A stretch of DNA of 64,000 nucleotides from the NCBI GenBank assembly GCA_016840095.1, contig JAEOSZ010000111.1, positions 64,001 through 128,000 of the forward strand, given 5' to 3'. Origin of the DNA: Candidatus Heimdallarchaeota archaeon. GTDB lineage: Archaea > Asgardarchaeota > Heimdallarchaeia > Heimdallarchaeales > Heimdallarchaeaceae. The notes beneath the pieces were generated by a model that had not been told where the DNA came from, did no database searches, and saw only the letters and a program-made list of their open reading frames with translations. The position numbers and the translations under genes were made by a program. Below, in pieces: positions 19,414 through 28,794 of this stretch. Within the stretch, counting starts at the first letter, position 1; each line of letters opens with the position of its first letter.

Positions 19414-20151
19414 ATGCACATTGCTATAGTTTATCTTCTAGTTTTTATTAGCTCATATGTTATAGGTTCTATTCCATTTAGCTGGATAATTACTAAAATT
19501 AAAACTGGAGAAGATTTGAGAAAAATAGGTTCAGGAAACGTAGGAGGAAGAAATGTTTATCGAGCTACTAAATCTAGAAACTGGGCATTGTTTGCTGGTT
19601 TCTTAGATATCTGCAGATCTTTAACAGCTGTAGCATTAACATTTTATCTTTCAAATATATTATATTTCAAAAATCACTCGAAGTATAATTTACCTATAAC
19701 TGGTTTCTTTCCAGATACTGCTCTTGCATTTAGTCTTACTATAGCTGGAGTTGGGGCAATTCTTGGACATAATTGGTCTCTATATCTTCTTCCTGGTCAC
19801 GGTGGTAGAGGTATTACTGTAGTTCTTGCTTCAATGTTGTATGCTAATCCAATAATGATTGCATTTTGGATTGTATTATGGCCAATTGTGATAACCATAG
19901 TTGGTTATTCCTCAATTACTTACATTGTTACTACAGCTTTGGTTGGAGTTATAGCGTTATTTTTCCCAGTAGTAATGCCTTGGGTTCCTTATAATTTGGC
20001 AATTGCACTTATTCTATTTAGCATATCACTCGTTATGATTAGCCGACAAAGGGACAACATTAGGAAGATTAGAACCGGTGAAGCTAAGAAAATGAAAATC
20101 TGGAAGGCAGTTTTTGGGAAAAAGAAGATGTCAGATGAGATTCTTAAATAA
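19414..20151 (+). CDS. plsY: PlsY-family glycerol-3-phosphate acyltransferase homolog
   Basis: GSIPF, GSGNVGGRNV and GHNW..GGRG motifs; motif 3 reads RQRDNI, lacking the usual His. Confidence 0.8.
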   Translation: MHIAIVYLLVFISSYVIGSIPFSWIITKIKTGEDLRKIGSGNVGGRNVYRATKSRNWALFAGFLDICRSLTAVALTFYLSNILYFKNHSKYNLPITGFFPDTALAFSLTIAGVGAILGHNWSLYLLPGHGGRGITVVLASMLYANPIMIAFWIVLWPIVITIVGYSSITYIVTTALVGVIALFFPVVMPWVPYNLAIALILFSISLVMISRQRDNIRKIRTGEAKKMKIWKAVFGKKKMSDEILK

Positions 20152-20160
20152 ATCTACATC

Positions 20161-21111
20161 CTATGGTTTGAAAGCAGTAACTGTGATGCTTTGAATAGCA
20201 TCCCCAAGAGAATCTATATCCTCTTTGATATCTTCATAATCTTCTATTTCAAGTGGTTGTCCATCAACCACAAGAACCTTTTCTCCTTGTTTGGTATCAA
20301 TATCTCCATTAAACTCCTTTTCTACAAGAAGCCCTGAAGTCTTCTCGGTTACTTTTATACCCACAAATCCTGCTTTTTTAATGAGTTCTAGATATCTATC
20401 TTTAAGCTCAGCTCCAGCAACACATCCAGCTAATAAGTCTTCGTTATTCCTTAATGAATCAGGAAGTTCCTTGAGAAGTACTATATCGGAAATGGATAAT
20501 CTTCCTCCTGATTTAAGAACTCTGAAAGATTCATTGAATACTCGTTGTTTCTCTGGAGATAAATTGATAACACAATTTGAGATGATAACATCAACAGAAT
20601 TATCCGCAACCGGAAGATTCTCAATCTCACCTAGTCTAAATTCAACATTTGTATAATCATACTTACGTGCGTTTTCTCTTGCTAGGTCTATCATATTTGG
20701 TGTCATATCTACTCCTATTACTTTTCCCGAAGATCCTACTTTTTTAGATGAAAGAAAACAATCCAGACCTCCTCCAGAACCAAGATCTAAGACAACTTCA
20801 CCTTCTTTCATTTCGGCAATTGCTGTAGGATTACCACAACCTAAACCCATGTTAGATTCTTCAGGGATTTCTGCTAATTCTGCTAAAGTGTAGCCAATTG
20901 CTTTACTCACATCTTCTACATTAGGGGTACCACAGCAAGAAGATTCTTGAGATTTCTTATCAGTATCAACTTGAGTTTCAGAGCTATCACCACAACATGA
21001 TGTTCTCTGAGTTTTCTTAGCTTCAACAACTGAGTCAATATTCCTTTTTGCTACATTTCCATATCTATCTCTAACTACTTTTCTGACTTTTTCTTTCTCT
21101 AATTCTGTCAT
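20161..21111 (-). CDS. arsM: Arsenite S-adenosylmethionine methyltransferase
   Basis: [24 protein letters not shown] and GCVAGA motifs; N-terminal CC pairs. Confidence 0.92.
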   Translation of the reverse strand: MTELEKEKVRKVVRDRYGNVAKRNIDSVVEAKKTQRTSCCGDSSETQVDTDKKSQESSCCGTPNVEDVSKAIGYTLAELAEIPEESNMGLGCGNPTAIAEMKEGEVVLDLGSGGGLDCFLSSKKVGSSGKVIGVDMTPNMIDLARENARKYDYTNVEFRLGEIENLPVADNSVDVIISNCVINLSPEKQRVFNESFRVLKSGGRLSISDIVLLKELPDSLRNNEDLLAGCVAGAELKDRYLELIKKAGFVGIKVTEKTSGLLVEKEFNGDIDTKQGEKVLVVDGQPLEIEDYEDIKEDIDSLGDAIQSITVTAFKP

Positions 21112-21120
21112 TTAATCACC

Positions 21121-21402
21121 TTAATCTTCAATTAATTCTTTCATTATTGGTTTGAGTGATAGTTTGATCATACCATCTATTGGATTTGTTTTCATTAAAG
21201 AGATACTTGCTATCTTTCCTCTATCATTCATGCTTATTACTACGAGTTTATCTCCTTCCTTCAAATCCATTTTCTCTCTTAGGTTTTTGGGCAGAACAAT
21301 TTGTCCTCTGCTATCGATATTTACAACACCTTCTATATGACAGCAACCTGAACCCTCACTACTCGAACTACAACAATCTTCAGTTTGTTTTTTATCACTC
21401 AT
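21121..21402 (-). CDS. AbrB/MazE-fold regulator with Cys pairs (HgcAB-associated/HgcC-like family)
   Basis: CCHIEGVVNIDSRGQIVLPKNLREKMDLKEGDKL; start taken at MSDKK. Confidence 0.75.
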   Translation of the reverse strand: MSDKKQTEDCCSSSSEGSGCCHIEGVVNIDSRGQIVLPKNLREKMDLKEGDKLVVISMNDRGKIASISLMKTNPIDGMIKLSLKPIMKELIED

Positions 21403-21523
21403 TTTGTTCATCTGTGATATAGATGCAATCAGACATATATAAATTTTCCGAAAAATCAGAAAAATCAGAAAATACACATATTCATAAAAAATGCTTTTAA
21501 TGTTGTTCAGAAACTAAAAGTCA

Positions 21524-22018
21524 ATGAAAAAAGCACTAATTCTTACTGGAACACCAGGGACAGGTAAAACTACAATCGCGGATCTATTGGTAGAAAAAGG
21601 TTACAGAGCAGTTAATATTGGAGAATTAGTAAAAGAGAAAAAGCTATTTGATTTTTTTGATGAAGAACGAGAAAGCTATGTAATAGATGATGATGAGCTA
21701 AATAATGCTCTTACTGATTTAATTGAAGAAAATACTTCATCCCATGATTTGATAATAGATGGTCATGTAGCGCGACTCCCTCCCCAGTTGGTATCAAAGT
21801 GTATCGTTTTTCGTTGTTCTATCCGTAACCTGAGACAGAGACTTGTGTTACGTGGTTATACTGATTCAAAGATTGACGAGAACGTTGAAGCAGAAATAAT
21901 GGAAGTTATTTACACCGACATGATGCAACTATATGGTAAAGATTTGGTTAGAGTTGTCTCCACAGATGCTTCCATAGAAGAAACATTTGTGGAAGTGTTA
22001 TCAATTTTAACAGGTTAG
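21524..22018 (+). CDS. Archaeal adenylate kinase 6 / Fap7-like NTPase
   Basis: GTPGTGKT, DGH and RGY..KIDENVEAE motifs. Confidence 0.9.
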   Translation: MKKALILTGTPGTGKTTIADLLVEKGYRAVNIGELVKEKKLFDFFDEERESYVIDDDELNNALTDLIEENTSSHDLIIDGHVARLPPQLVSKCIVFRCSIRNLRQRLVLRGYTDSKIDENVEAEIMEVIYTDMMQLYGKDLVRVVSTDASIEETFVEVLSILTG

Positions 22019-22028
22019 TATTTAGGAT

Positions 22029-22388
22029 CTATCCAGTTATTCTGATGGATAGTACTCCTCTTTTATCTTTGATTACTGAAACTGCTTCATTTGGAGCAAC
22101 TATCGTAAATCCTTTGTTTTTGGTTCCTTTACCAAAAAGCTTAGCCCATTTAAAGTCTTCTCCATTCTCGAATGAGAACATCTTGACACCAACAAAGTTT
22201 TTGTAATCAATTTTATTCATGGTTCTTTCAATAAGATTGAGCTCCTCAGTGTGAGAGAGCCCATCCTCTAGAATCAATATGCTATTCCTCATCACTTTAG
22301 ATAAGATGTAACTGATTTTTTCTTCACTTGAAAGATCATCCGTTTCTGTATATGGAATAAAATCTACTCTATACTTCATCCTTTTCAC
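22029..22388 (-). CDS. oapB: OapB/DUF2073 family protein
   Basis: LSSEEKI..IL, ILEDGLS.EE.LIE.TM and GFTIVAP motifs; overlaps the stop codon of oapA. Confidence 0.8.
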   Translation of the reverse strand: MKRMKYRVDFIPYTETDDLSSEEKISYILSKVMRNSILILEDGLSHTEELNLIERTMNKIDYKNFVGVKMFSFENGEDFKWAKLFGKGTKNKGFTIVAPNEAVSVIKDKRGVLSIRITG

Positions 22389-22999
22389 CTTACCTTCTTA
22401 GCCATTTCGGCTATTTTATTATACAATTGCTCTATGCCATCACCCTGTAACGCAGAAACAGGGATAACATGGTAGTCACAAAAAGCATTTTTGATTTCAA
22501 CTATATCAGCATCAGGTAGATCAATCTTATTTGGAACTAAGATGAAAGGTTTCTTCTGATGTTCCAAGTTACCAATTATCGTAAAGTTTACCTGATCAAA
22601 AGGTGATTTTGCAGCATCTATCACAACGAGTGCTACATCCACATTTTCTAGAAACTTAATTGCCTCCACTATTCCTCTTGTTGCTTCTTTAGCTCTTTGC
22701 ATCGCTTCTCCTGCAGAAAGTCCATGCTTCATGAATTCTTTTGGATTTACAGAGGATGCTATACCAGGCATATCTATTAGCGTAAGATCTAGAGATGTTC
22801 CATTTGAAGAGAAGTTAACCTTCTCAAGCTTCTGAATTGTTCTAGTCTCGTGTGGAATTTCACTGACAGTTCCAACTTCTTGCTCAGCCCAATCTATTCC
22901 AATTTTGTTTGCAAGAGTGGTTTTACCAGCATTTACTTCACCGTAGAACCCCAAATTTATTGATTTTGGCTTTGATTTCAGCCACAATCTCCATGACAA
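22385..22999 (-). CDS. oapA: Era-like GTP-binding protein OapA
   Basis: GEVNAGKTTLAN, VSEIPHETR, DMPG, RAKEATRGI, NKID and SAL motifs. Confidence 0.88.
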   Translation of the reverse strand: MSWRLWLKSKPKSINLGFYGEVNAGKTTLANKIGIDWAEQEVGTVSEIPHETRTIQKLEKVNFSSNGTSLDLTLIDMPGIASSVNPKEFMKHGLSAGEAMQRAKEATRGIVEAIKFLENVDVALVVIDAAKSPFDQVNFTIIGNLEHQKKPFILVPNKIDLPDADIVEIKNAFCDYHVIPVSALQGDGIEQLYNKIAEMAKKVR

Positions 23000-23182
23000 T
23001 TATTTCACCTACACAAGCTTACTCACTTGTTAACTTAAAACGAAATATTATTGACATCACACCCTCGTATTACGTTGTCAGTTTCTGTTACATTTCTTGG
23101 TTTTTTTTGCGAAATGGTCATCTAATAAGATTTATTAAGTCAAAAAGAAAGAAACTCGAAACAAGGATTACCTAATTAGGTT

Positions 23183-24268
23183 GTGGTTAAGATTTTCATA
23201 ATGGGTGCTAGTATCAAAGTATGGTTGAGATTTCTTTGGCAGAACAAATTCAACATCAGCTGGAAATATATCCCGCGAGCATTTGCAATAACGTTGGTTA
23301 CAGCATTATTTACACCTCTTATAATCTATGAACACCTAAGATTTAATCGTAAAGTTAGAAGAACAGAGATTAAGGAACCCCCAGTATTTATTATGGGTCA
23401 TTGGAGAACTGGAACAACTCACTTACAAAATCTCCTCCTCCTCGACGATAAATATGGATACTTAGATCTAGTTGAAGCAACTTTTCCTCATCTAATGCTA
23501 GGAAGTTACAAGTTTATTGCAGCAGTAATGAAACCATTAATTCCTGCAACTCGTCCCATGGATAACATGTCCATGACTGCAGCAACACCACAAGAACATG
23601 AGTTTGCCATAGTTGATCTATGTTTACTCTCCCCACAGTCAGGTTTGTTCTTTCCAGATAATAGAGACAGTTATCTTAGGTTTGGTACTTTTGAAGAAGC
23701 TTCAGAAGAAGAAATTAATGAGTGGAAAGAAAACCTAATGTTCTATTTGAAAAAATTAACATATAAGGAAAAAGGCAAACCATTACTTCTAAAAAACCCT
23801 CTAGATACATATAGAATCAAGCTTCTCTTAGAGCTCTTTCCAGATGCTAAATTCATCAACATTTATAGAAACCCATACAAAGTCTTTTTCTCAACTGTTA
23901 AGCTCCATAAAACCAATACACACTTGTTTTGGCTACAAAAACCGGATTATGAACTTTATGATTTCATTCTTGATTTATATGTTGAAATTTATGACAAGTT
24001 CTACAAAGATTTTGATTTGATTCCAAAAGAGCAGATTATTGAAATAAAATATGAGGATCTTATTGCAAACCCACTAGATGAATTATCCAAAATATACAAC
24101 TATCTTAACCTAGGTGATTTTGAGCAAGTGAAAAACAAAGTTGAGACTTATCTCTATTCTTTGAATGACTATAAGGTTGGAAATTATGAAATATCAAAGA
24201 AAGATAAAGAGCTTATTTACTCAAGATGGAATGAAACCATTGACAGGTGGGGTTATGAAAAACCCTAA
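23183..24268 (+). CDS. PAPS-dependent sulfotransferase (Stf3-like)
   Basis: GHWRTGTTHL, RPMDN, LLKNP and IYRNPY..F.S motifs. Confidence 0.88.
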   Translation: MVKIFIMGASIKVWLRFLWQNKFNISWKYIPRAFAITLVTALFTPLIIYEHLRFNRKVRRTEIKEPPVFIMGHWRTGTTHLQNLLLLDDKYGYLDLVEATFPHLMLGSYKFIAAVMKPLIPATRPMDNMSMTAATPQEHEFAIVDLCLLSPQSGLFFPDNRDSYLRFGTFEEASEEEINEWKENLMFYLKKLTYKEKGKPLLLKNPLDTYRIKLLLELFPDAKFINIYRNPYKVFFSTVKLHKTNTHLFWLQKPDYELYDFILDLYVEIYDKFYKDFDLIPKEQIIEIKYEDLIANPLDELSKIYNYLNLGDFEQVKNKVETYLYSLNDYKVGNYEISKKDKELIYSRWNETIDRWGYEKP

Positions 24269-24286
24269 AAACTATCAGTAAACGTT

Positions 24287-25453
24287 TTACAAGCAAACCA
24301 TATCTTTTGGGGTATTTGATAATCGAATTACACCATCTTTAGTAACAACACAATCATCTTCTAAACGAATACCAAAATCTCCAGCAAAGTATAAACCAGG
24401 TTCTACAGTTATTACAGAGTTTTCAAGTAATTCTTTAGCAGGTCTTTCTGGATAAGCTCTATAAATACCCACTCCGATATCATGTGTCTCAATACCAATT
24501 GGGTGACCTGTTGAGTGAATATACAACTTCTCATGATCATATCCATATTCTTCAAACTTATCTCGAACTGCCATTTCTACATCATGAGAAGAAACTCCTG
24601 CTCTAATTTTTGTGTATGCAGCTTCTTTTGCTTCATGTACAGCTTCATGTGCTCTAAGAACTTCTTCTTTTGGTTTGTTACCTATCCAATATGTGTGAGT
24701 AATGTCTGAATTAGACATCTCGTAGGCTACTCCATAATCAATTAAAAGCACTTGATTTTTCTCTATCTTCCCTGTTCCTGCTTTATGGTGAGGTATAGCT
24801 GCATTTGGTCCTGATGCTACAATGGGCTCAAAAGCTACTCCCCCTCTTTTGTTACATTCAAATTCTATTATAGCTGCTAATTCTTTTTCAATCATACCAG
24901 GTTTGATTAAAGGTTCAATAACCTCTTCCATCAATTCTTCAGCTAGCTTAGCAGCAATTTTGTGGTTCTCAATTTCCTTTTGTGTTTTAACAGCTCTTAC
25001 ATCAAAAATGATATCTTTAGCAGAAACATAATTTAGATTTTTGTTCATACTAGTTAACGCATTAAAAGTTCCACTGGTTAATATATCAGAACTAAATTTT
25101 GAAAATACTTCACTAGCCTCAACGTAATTTAATGCAACTGTGGATTTATCTAAGAAACCATTGAATAAATTCTGTACTAGCTCTGTTAATTCACTACCTT
25201 TTTTGTATGCTTTGACTTCGTAAATTTCTTCATCTACTAGCATTGCTTCCATCTGAGATGTTATAACTGATGGTTTTCCTCTCTTAGGAATCAGAGTCAA
25301 AGTTGGTGATGCAAACCATTTTTCTAGTAAATATTTTTGGTGTATATCGTATGAATGGTGGCAAAATACTATCCATCCATCTACATTATGATTGTCTAAA
25401 ACTGCTTGAATTCTATCAATTTTTTCACTCAAAATCCACACATTCCTTAACAA
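24287..25453 (-). CDS. M24 Xaa-Pro aminopeptidase
   Basis: PHH, LIDYG..SDIT, HSTGH.IG.ETHD, EPGLY and RLEDD motifs. Confidence 0.92.
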   Translation of the reverse strand: MLRNVWILSEKIDRIQAVLDNHNVDGWIVFCHHSYDIHQKYLLEKWFASPTLTLIPKRGKPSVITSQMEAMLVDEEIYEVKAYKKGSELTELVQNLFNGFLDKSTVALNYVEASEVFSKFSSDILTSGTFNALTSMNKNLNYVSAKDIIFDVRAVKTQKEIENHKIAAKLAEELMEEVIEPLIKPGMIEKELAAIIEFECNKRGGVAFEPIVASGPNAAIPHHKAGTGKIEKNQVLLIDYGVAYEMSNSDITHTYWIGNKPKEEVLRAHEAVHEAKEAAYTKIRAGVSSHDVEMAVRDKFEEYGYDHEKLYIHSTGHPIGIETHDIGVGIYRAYPERPAKELLENSVITVEPGLYFAGDFGIRLEDDCVVTKDGVIRLSNTPKDMVCL

Positions 25454-26045
25454 TTTGTTTAATGTTATCCGGTAAATAATCGTTCTTTTCTAAATCTATT
25501 AAATCTTTAAATTTGTCTATATCACTGTATGCGTTTTTACTTTCTAAAATCTCAAATGATAATTCAAGTTTCTCAAATACATCTCTAAATCTTAAAGCAG
25601 AGTTCTTACCAAAAACTAATGGGAAAGTGTCTCCTTTATTGAAAATCAAAATACTAGTTCCATTGTCCTTAGTAGGTCCAAGTAGTATTTTCCTCTCATT
25701 ATAATTCTTATCAAGAATAAATTGTAAATCTTCGGATTTAATTAAAGGTAGATCTGCCATAACAACAGTAATTATATCTTCTTGAATCTCCTTGAAGGCT
25801 TCATTTAATGATTCATTTAATTCATCCCCCTTGTCATGAAGTATAGAGAAATATCCTGAAAAATCTAATTTTTTCTTTTTTGTAAGGATATACAAATTTG
25901 CATCATGTTCAAGTTTAGCAATTTCATCTATTAGATTCTGAGTCATATGATGAAGCAGTTTTTCAACCGATGAATCTTTTAAACTGGATCGTAATCTACT
26001 CTTATCGTTTATTGTTCCTCTGTATGGTATTATTATTGCTTTCAT
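25425..26045 (-). CDS. cofC: 2-phospho-L-lactate/PEP guanylyltransferase (F420 synthesis)
   Basis: KSRL, MADLPLI, DNGT and DID..DL motifs; in an operon with cofD. Confidence 0.8.
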   Translation of the reverse strand: MKAIIIPYRGTINDKSRLRSSLKDSSVEKLLHHMTQNLIDEIAKLEHDANLYILTKKKKLDFSGYFSILHDKGDELNESLNEAFKEIQEDIITVVMADLPLIKSEDLQFILDKNYNERKILLGPTKDNGTSILIFNKGDTFPLVFGKNSALRFRDVFEKLELSFEILESKNAYSDIDKFKDLIDLEKNDYLPDNIKQIVKECVDFE

Positions 26046-26835
26046 CAGCTATTCTTCCAGTATAATCTGATACTAAATATTGCATAAATTCTGGGTTTTG
26101 CATTAGTGGTCTAGCAACAGAAGCTGCTTTTGCTCCTGCTTTTAGCATTGTATGAATGTCATTTATTGTTCGAACTGAGTTATTTCCTATTATTGGGATA
26201 TCCGTTAATTCTACAAATTTTCTAATTATTTTAATGTTAGCTCTTTTTTGACCTGGTAACATAGCATCAACATGAATGTAGGAAATAGAATAATCTTCCA
26301 AAATCTTTGTTAGACCAGAATAATCACCAATAATATGTCCTCGAATTTTTATTCCTAGGGGAAAAGAGGGTAATAGTTTTCTTATCGAATCAAGCAGAGT
26401 TTCAAGTTTTTCAGGTTTTAAAAGTAAATTATGCCCACCATTAATTTTTAGAATCTCTTCTTGTCTACAATGAGCATTAATTTCTACAATATCAACAAAC
26501 TTTGTGACTTCATTTAGCCATACTTCAGAAAAATAATCTGCATTTATGAGTCGCACATTGAAACTAACTAGTTGATGATTAGTCTGTTTCTCTAAATTTA
26601 GGTTTTCTAAACACCATGATTTAACTTGATCAACTTTGAATTGGAGGAGGAATTCATCTCTACCTCTTTCTATCATTCTTGTTGTGGTTAGATGTGATTC
26701 ACGGTCTATTGAAAATCCTCCTAGTGTTACCATTCCTGCTCCATAATTTAGAATCTTTTGGCAAAAAGCTCCATCTGAAATTCCTGCTATAGCTGATTGA
26801 ACAATTGGTGGTATAAATCTAGGATTTGCACTCAA
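26002..26835 (-). CDS. MJ0144-like dihydrouridine-synthase-family flavoprotein
   Basis: AIAGISDG, RGRDEF, EINAHCRQ, HVDAM, IGNNS and SVAR motifs. Confidence 0.8.
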   Translation of the reverse strand: MSANPRFIPPIVQSAIAGISDGAFCQKILNYGAGMVTLGGFSIDRESHLTTTRMIERGRDEFLLQFKVDQVKSWCLENLNLEKQTNHQLVSFNVRLINADYFSEVWLNEVTKFVDIVEINAHCRQEEILKINGGHNLLLKPEKLETLLDSIRKLLPSFPLGIKIRGHIIGDYSGLTKILEDYSISYIHVDAMLPGQKRANIKIIRKFVELTDIPIIGNNSVRTINDIHTMLKAGAKAASVARPLMQNPEFMQYLVSDYTGRIADESNNNTIQRNNKR

Positions 26836-26841
26836 GATAGT

Positions 26842-27768
26842 TTACCCCCTATTTAGGATAAATGATGCTAGATTTTTTGATATACCTTTTTCATTGAATA
26901 AGATATTCTGTGTTATTACTTCTAAGTTTGTTTCATTTTCTATATCTTTCCTGAAATTTCCGTCCGATTCATGAATAATTATTGTGGAACAAACATCTTT
27001 GTAGAGCCTAGCAATACCTAAAGGAGATACCTCAAGTCCTTTTGCTTTCATCAGATTTTCTGTTGGTCCGCTTATTGGCTTATCCCCTATAATTGGACTG
27101 ATAGCTATACATTTACTCTTATTCTTTTCGAGTGTTTCTCTTATTGCGGATACATCTAATATTGGTCCTATGCTGGTTATGGGATTACTTGGGCCTATAA
27201 TTATTGTATCAGAGTTAACCAATTCTTCTTGTGCAGAACGAGAAAAAATAGCATTTTCCACATTTCTTACATAGATATTCTTTATTTCTGTTTCTCCTTT
27301 ATGTTTAACCCAAAATTCCTGGAAGTGAATATCTTCATCGTTGTTTGTAACTATACGCGTTTCAATGTGGTTTTCTGAACTTGGATAGATTTTACTTCTT
27401 ATTCCTAACTTGTTTATTAAAGAATTAATTATTGAAGACTGGTTCTTTCCGTTCTGCATTTCAAATGTTCTGAAAATATGCAAACCTAAATCTTTGTCTC
27501 CTAATCTGAACCATGTATCTATTCCATATCTGTTTAGAGCATTTAATGTATTGAAGGATTCATCCTTTACGCCCCAATATTTTTCAACATCTAGTAATTC
27601 ACTGAAAAGATAGAGTATTGTGTCGATATCTGGTGAAACATATAATCCATAGATCCAGATATTATCAGCTGAATTTGCAATAATAGCTAGTTTATCATCA
27701 TTAATAATTTCTCTGAATCCTTGTATTAGTTTAGGGGTTCCTGTTCCTCCAGATAGGAAAGTAATCAT
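26842..27768 (-). CDS. cofD: 2-phospho-L-lactate transferase (F420 synthesis)
   Basis: LSGGTGTPKL, SPDIDT, LGDKD, HFQEFWV and GPSNPITSIGPI motifs. Confidence 0.95.
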   Translation of the reverse strand: MITFLSGGTGTPKLIQGFREIINDDKLAIIANSADNIWIYGLYVSPDIDTILYLFSELLDVEKYWGVKDESFNTLNALNRYGIDTWFRLGDKDLGLHIFRTFEMQNGKNQSSIINSLINKLGIRSKIYPSSENHIETRIVTNNDEDIHFQEFWVKHKGETEIKNIYVRNVENAIFSRSAQEELVNSDTIIIGPSNPITSIGPILDVSAIRETLEKNKSKCIAISPIIGDKPISGPTENLMKAKGLEVSPLGIARLYKDVCSTIIIHESDGNFRKDIENETNLEVITQNILFNEKGISKNLASFILNRG

Positions 27769-27796
27769 TTTGAACCCTCAAATCTTGAAAAATACC

Positions 27797-28747
27797 TTAT
27801 TTTTTAGCTGTCTTCTTTGCAGTTGTTGTCTTCTTTGCAGTTGTTGTCTTCTTTGCAGTTGTTGTCTTCTTTGCAGTTGTTGTCTTCTTTGCAGTTGTTG
27901 TCTTCTTTGCTGCTGTAGTTTTTGGTTTAGCTGTAGTTTTTGTTGCTGTTGTCTTCTTTGCAGTTGTTGTCTTCTTTGCTGCTGCTGTCTTTGGTTTAGC
28001 TGTAGTTTTTGTTGCTGTTTTAGCTTTAGTCTCTGGTTTTGTCTCCTCTTTTTGTTTTTCTGGAGTTTCCTTAGGTTTTACTGGTGCAGTTTTCTTTGGT
28101 AGTTTTTTCTTGGGAGTTCCTGTTTCCACCAATCGTAATCTAGAAGTTGATTTTATTACAACTCTATAGTAGGAACCATTTTCTCCCATATCTGGGTTTC
28201 GAACGATTTTGATAACATCACCAGGTTTTGCTTGTATTGCTTTTACTGCAGCATCAGTTTCTAGTATCTTTGGTATTTGATGTTTCTGAATCTGATATCT
28301 TTCCAAGAATCCTTTTATGTCTCTAGTTCTGAGCTTAACATGCTGACGAACTAGTTGATGCTCAAAGATATTAAACAATGGATTAGTGCTACTAATAATT
28401 TCAATTCCTAATTTTACAGATTCCTTTTTTGCATAATGTGTTAATGGGGATTCTGCAATTAGTAAGGCTTCATCTAGTTCCTCTTCTTCTTGTAATTTAC
28501 CTAGAAGTCTGATTAATTTCACACCAATTTGAGGATTTTTTGGGAATCGTGCAATAGCTGTTACTGTTTCTTTTTCCTCACTAAGCTTCTTAGCATATAC
28601 ATCTAGAAAATCATCGTCTTCTTTTGTATCACTAATCTTAAATCCTCTAAACTCAAGAATTTCCTTAACTCCATCCACAATCCTCTTTTCCTTGGCTTTT
28701 TGTTCCTTAGAAGACAAGTAAGTTACCTCGGCATCCTTAATAATCAA
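27797..28747 (-). CDS. rpo5: RNA polymerase subunit Rpo5/RpoH homolog with Rpb5-like N-terminal domain and Lys/Thr/Ala-rich C-terminal tail
   Basis: aa ~125-197 FNIFEHQLV..H..IPKILETD..AKPGDVIKIVR..YYRVV match the Rpb5 C-domain; aa ~20-120 resemble the eukaryotic Rpb5 N-domain; aa ~210-316 are low complexity. Confidence 0.85.
   Translation of the reverse strand: MIIKDAEVTYLSSKEQKAKEKRIVDGVKEILEFRGFKISDTKEDDDFLDVYAKKLSEEKETVTAIARFPKNPQIGVKLIRLLGKLQEEEELDEALLIAESPLTHYAKKESVKLGIEIISSTNPLFNIFEHQLVRQHVKLRTRDIKGFLERYQIQKHQIPKILETDAAVKAIQAKPGDVIKIVRNPDMGENGSYYRVVIKSTSRLRLVETGTPKKKLPKKTAPVKPKETPEKQKEETKPETKAKTATKTTAKPKTAAAKKTTTAKKTTATKTTAKPKTTAAKKTTTAKKTTTAKKTTTAKKTTTAKKTTTAKKTAKK
27810..27910. repeat. 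Coding tandem repeat, 18-nt unit GTCTTCTTTGCAGTTGTT, 5 perfect copies plus a partial one (AKKTTT on the minus strand)
   Basis: Units start at 27810, 27828, 27846, 27864 and 27882; degenerate copies continue to about 28020. Confidence 0.95.
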
Positions 28748-28794
28748 ATTAATTAAAATCTTTTGACAAGTGAGAGGTTTTAATTAAGTCTATT

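Noticed and set aside
22999-23183. Replication origin next to oapA
   Set aside because: No orc1/cdc6 gene and no recognisable ORB repeats; the gap is short
27810-27910. Possible CRISPR array
   Set aside because: Contiguous 18-nt tandem units with no spacers, in frame within a CDS, and no cas genes nearby
27770-28102. Cys-rich ORF (CSCCLL)n that looks like a metallothionein
   Set aside because: It is the antisense shadow of the AKKTTT repeat in rpo5
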